Shown: positions 61,426 through 64,000 of the stretch, one piece after another | Layout: every line of letters starts with the position of its first letter | Numbering within the stretch: position 1 is the first letter of the stretch | Origin: Patescibacteria group bacterium | GTDB taxonomy: Bacteria > Patescibacteriota > Patescibacteriia > SG8-24 | Direction of reading: 5' to 3' | Length of the DNA: 64,000 nt | Assembly: GCA_028714475.1 (NCBI GenBank) | Contig: JAQTNC010000001.1 | Span: 86,678-150,677 of the forward strand | Made by a program: the position numbers and the translations under genes | The notes under the pieces: generated by a model | Databases searched by the model: none | What the model saw: only the letters and a program-made list of their open reading frames with translations | Told to the model about the DNA's origin: nothing

Positions 61426-61791
61426 ATGCAATCATTGCCCGTTATCGACGCGCTGGCTCTGGGCGTAGTTCTGGAGGCCGCCAAACGCAGGGGCCAAACC
61501 GCAGAAGTCACTAAAAGAGACGAATGGGCGGGCGGCATCGCAGGCCGAACCCAATATCTTCTCCAGGTAGAACTGCCGGAAGCGATTCGCCAAGGTTATC
61601 AGCTTCACCAGGAGGAGGTCACGTTCTCCGTTGAAGGGCCCATGTCCAGCAACGCCGAAAAGGTCATGGAAGCCGCCGTGGCGGAGCTGCGCCGAGCCGG
61701 CAAGCAGGTTACTGACCCAAGAAAGGGGTTCGGCTGGATCAGCAAGACCGTATCGGTTCCGATTGTTTGCGCCACCCTCACCCTCTGGTGA
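61426..61791 (+). CDS. Hypothetical (orphan) protein
   Basis: GGAGG SD, TTGACG-16-TAAGAT promoter at 61365, hairpin downstream. Confidence 0.65.
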   Translation: MQSLPVIDALALGVVLEAAKRRGQTAEVTKRDEWAGGIAGRTQYLLQVELPEAIRQGYQLHQEEVTFSVEGPMSSNAEKVMEAAVAELRRAGKQVTDPRKGFGWISKTVSVPIVCATLTLW

Positions 61792-61845
61792 ACGCCTGTT
61801 CACCAAAAACCGCCCCGATGGCTATCGGGGCGGTCGTGTATATAT

Positions 61846-62538
61846 TCACTTGCGTGGCCACCAACGGTGATGCCACCAGCCGCCGGCGCGCCAGAAAGTT
61901 AGTGGTCTCCTCTCGTGCAGCCGGTGCTCACGGGCCACAAGAACATAACCGAAACAGATGAGGGCGATGCCGACTGTCATGTTGAGGAGGCGCAGGGCCG
62001 CCGGCGACAGAAAATCGTTGACGACCGAACCGAGAACCGCGATGAACGTCAGGAAGATAAGATTGGCCGAAAGGCAGCCGACCGAAAACACGATCAGTTC
62101 GTGGTGCTTGAACTGTTTCTCCGCGACCTTGGCGCTGAAAACCCCGGCCCAGAACAGGATAGAGAGCGGATTCGAAAGCGTCAGGAAAAAACCGGCCAGG
62201 AAGCTGTTGGGCTGTGCCTTGATGGCGCCCAAACCGAGGGACGGCAGAAGGCTCACGCCGAACTGACCGACGATAAGTTCCAAACCGAAGAAGAACAGGA
62301 CCAACGCGCCGAAGGTCTTGAGCGCGTGCATGACGTTCTTCCGGTTGATGAACCGCTCGATGCCGGCGATGGCGAGGGCGATGAACAGGCCGTCAGCGAT
62401 GACGACGGCGAGGACCGCCCAGAAGGCCTGGAAAAAACCGTCGCTGGTCGCGGTGTTGAACACGAAAAGACAGACTGGCCCGATGGCAATCTGCAGGATC
62501 ATGCCGAAAAGAAATCCATTGAACAGCAGGGCGAACAT
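61846..62538 (-). CDS. LysE/RhtB family translocator
   Basis: QIAIGPV, ADG, GA.VL..FG, GF.LTLSNP..I.FW. Confidence 0.88.
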   Translation of the reverse strand: MFALLFNGFLFGMILQIAIGPVCLFVFNTATSDGFFQAFWAVLAVVIADGLFIALAIAGIERFINRKNVMHALKTFGALVLFFFGLELIVGQFGVSLLPSLGLGAIKAQPNSFLAGFFLTLSNPLSILFWAGVFSAKVAEKQFKHHELIVFSVGCLSANLIFLTFIAVLGSVVNDFLSPAALRLLNMTVGIALICFGYVLVAREHRLHERRPLTFWRAGGWWHHRWWPRK

Positions 62539-62697
62539 AACATTAGGCGCAAACGCGCCTTATTCGACCATAACACCGTTGCCAAAAAGGGGCAACGGTG
62601 AGGTAATGCTCGCCGCCAAGTGTCAAAAAAATGCTAAAAAAAGCGAAAATGGTCCTGCGCCCACTTTGGCTCTCTGTCTCTTTGCCTCTCCGTCTCT

Positions 62698-63948
62698 CTA
62701 TCTCACTTCAACTTTTATATGCTCCGCCACGTCGGGCATGCGGCCGGACCAGAACGGACGGACGCGGATGGAGACGGACGAGATGCCCGGGGTTTTCTTG
62801 AGATAGTCCTCGGCCGCGGTCTTGGAGATGCCGGCGAGGCGCGACGGATCAAGGGCCGGGGCGTCCGGCGAGAGCACCGAGGCGCCGGAAACGGAAACCT
62901 TGAGCGAAGCGCGTCCGGCATTGAGATCAGTCTCCCCCACCGTGATGTCCAGGCTGCTGCCCACGAGCGGCAGCATCATCCGATCGAACGGCGCGGCTTC
63001 CTTCAGTTTCGCCGATGCCAGCTTGGCGAGACGCTCGCGGTCAAAGAAGACGCCGACGCCCTTGACCTTCACGGTGACGATGAATTTTTCCGCCGCTTCG
63101 CCCACCGCCGGCGCGACCTCCTGCGAAGCGACCTCGATGCTGACGCTTTCGCCGGCATTGCCCGCGCTCGCGGCCTTGGCCTGCTCACGCAGTTCCTCGG
63201 TCAGTTGGGTGGTTGCCTCACTCTTCAACGTTTCCACCGCCGCCGCCACGTCCTCGGAAGTCACAAAACGCCCCTCACGCTGTCCGCCCGTGAAGGGCCT
63301 CACGACCGTGACCTTGAAGAGACTGCGCGTTTCCGGATTCAGGCCGGGGATGGTGAATTCGCCCTCGGTGATTTCGCTCGCCGTGCCCGGCGCGTCGGCG
63401 TAGGCGTCAACCTCGACGGAACCGTTCGCCGGCACGACGACGTTTTCCTTGATGCGGTATAGCCGGTTGTCCGGCAGGAGCAGGCGCGTGGTGGCGACGA
63501 GCGTTTGCGACCGCGAGAGCGTGCTCGCGATGCGCACTCGCCCCTCGGCCGGTGCGTCGGCCTTGGCGCCCACAGCCGTCGGGAATTCGCGGCTGATTTC
63601 CTTCTCCGCCGTGAGCACCGCGCCCGGCAACTCGCCGTCGGTCGGCGTGCGGGAAACGGTCGCGCTGAATTCCGTGCGGGCTTCCTCCTGGGCGGACATC
63701 ACCGTGACCGTCGCTTTAGAGAAGATGACGTAAACCACGAACAGCGCCACCAGCCCGGTCAAAACCAAGAAAGCCGTCGCGATGCGGCGATAAAGCGCCA
63801 CGTGGGTCGGCGGCGACGGTGGCTGGCGGCGAATGGATGGTATCGGAATGCCGGTGGGCGGCGCGCCGGGGCGCTTGACAGGCTGTGATGGCGTGACTGG
63901 CGGCAAAACCAGCTTGGGCCGCTCGACCGGGATGGGCTGCGGTTGCAT
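62698..63948 (-). CDS. Membrane-anchored baseplate J/gp47-like domain protein
   Basis: Pro-rich N-terminus, TM, A.G.V.I, LVATTR, V.A...G, FTIPGL, FTGG, P.W...MP....I. Confidence 0.8.
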   Translation of the reverse strand: MQPQPIPVERPKLVLPPVTPSQPVKRPGAPPTGIPIPSIRRQPPSPPTHVALYRRIATAFLVLTGLVALFVVYVIFSKATVTVMSAQEEARTEFSATVSRTPTDGELPGAVLTAEKEISREFPTAVGAKADAPAEGRVRIASTLSRSQTLVATTRLLLPDNRLYRIKENVVVPANGSVEVDAYADAPGTASEITEGEFTIPGLNPETRSLFKVTVVRPFTGGQREGRFVTSEDVAAAVETLKSEATTQLTEELREQAKAASAGNAGESVSIEVASQEVAPAVGEAAEKFIVTVKVKGVGVFFDRERLAKLASAKLKEAAPFDRMMLPLVGSSLDITVGETDLNAGRASLKVSVSGASVLSPDAPALDPSRLAGISKTAAEDYLKKTPGISSVSIRVRPFWSGRMPDVAEHIKVEVR

Positions 63949-64000
63949 GAGGTAAATATAGCACGTTTTTAAAAACTACCCGGCAGTTTTGGGGTCAAAT

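Noticed and set aside
62698-63948. Baseplate-J-like gene as evidence of a prophage or contractile system
   Set aside because: Membrane-anchored solo form with no other phage structural genes in the window.

Overview
A 64 kb chromosomal segment of a GC-rich bacterium using genetic code 11, most likely Patescibacteria/CPR (possibly a Ca. Uhrbacteria-like lineage; inferred from CPR-typical genes such as a solo baseplate-J-like protein, DUF3048, DUF5679, DUF2779, long ThyX and archaeal-type Cmk). Housekeeping genes (eno, pgk, gap, rpsB-tsf, rpmE-prfA-prmC, rplY, rodA, gyrB, rlmN, secE-nusG, rplK-rplA, dut, cmk, thyX-tmk-tmk, gatB, miaA, miaB, thrS) are interleaved with roughly 15-20 single orphan genes. 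I saw no rRNA, tRNA, CRISPR array, integrase, transposase or reverse transcriptase. Main observations: (1) a divergent TrmB-type regulator plus a two-gene operon encoding a 2-hydroxyacid-dehydrogenase-like protein lacking its whole catalytic triad and a methyltransferase-SDR fusion; (2) core genes lack Shine-Dalgarno sequences, while orphan genes carry strong ones, usually with their own sigma70 promoter; (3) several REP/MITE-like palindromic families, one copy sitting in frame inside rlmN; (4) a duplicated gyrB 3' end resembling an integration scar; (5) a probable remote DGR target gene; (6) a GAPDH resembling the kinetoplastid glycosomal type; (7) a Cys/His-rich protein with an SSB-like DIPF tail. 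All family assignments come from motif recognition, not database searches.
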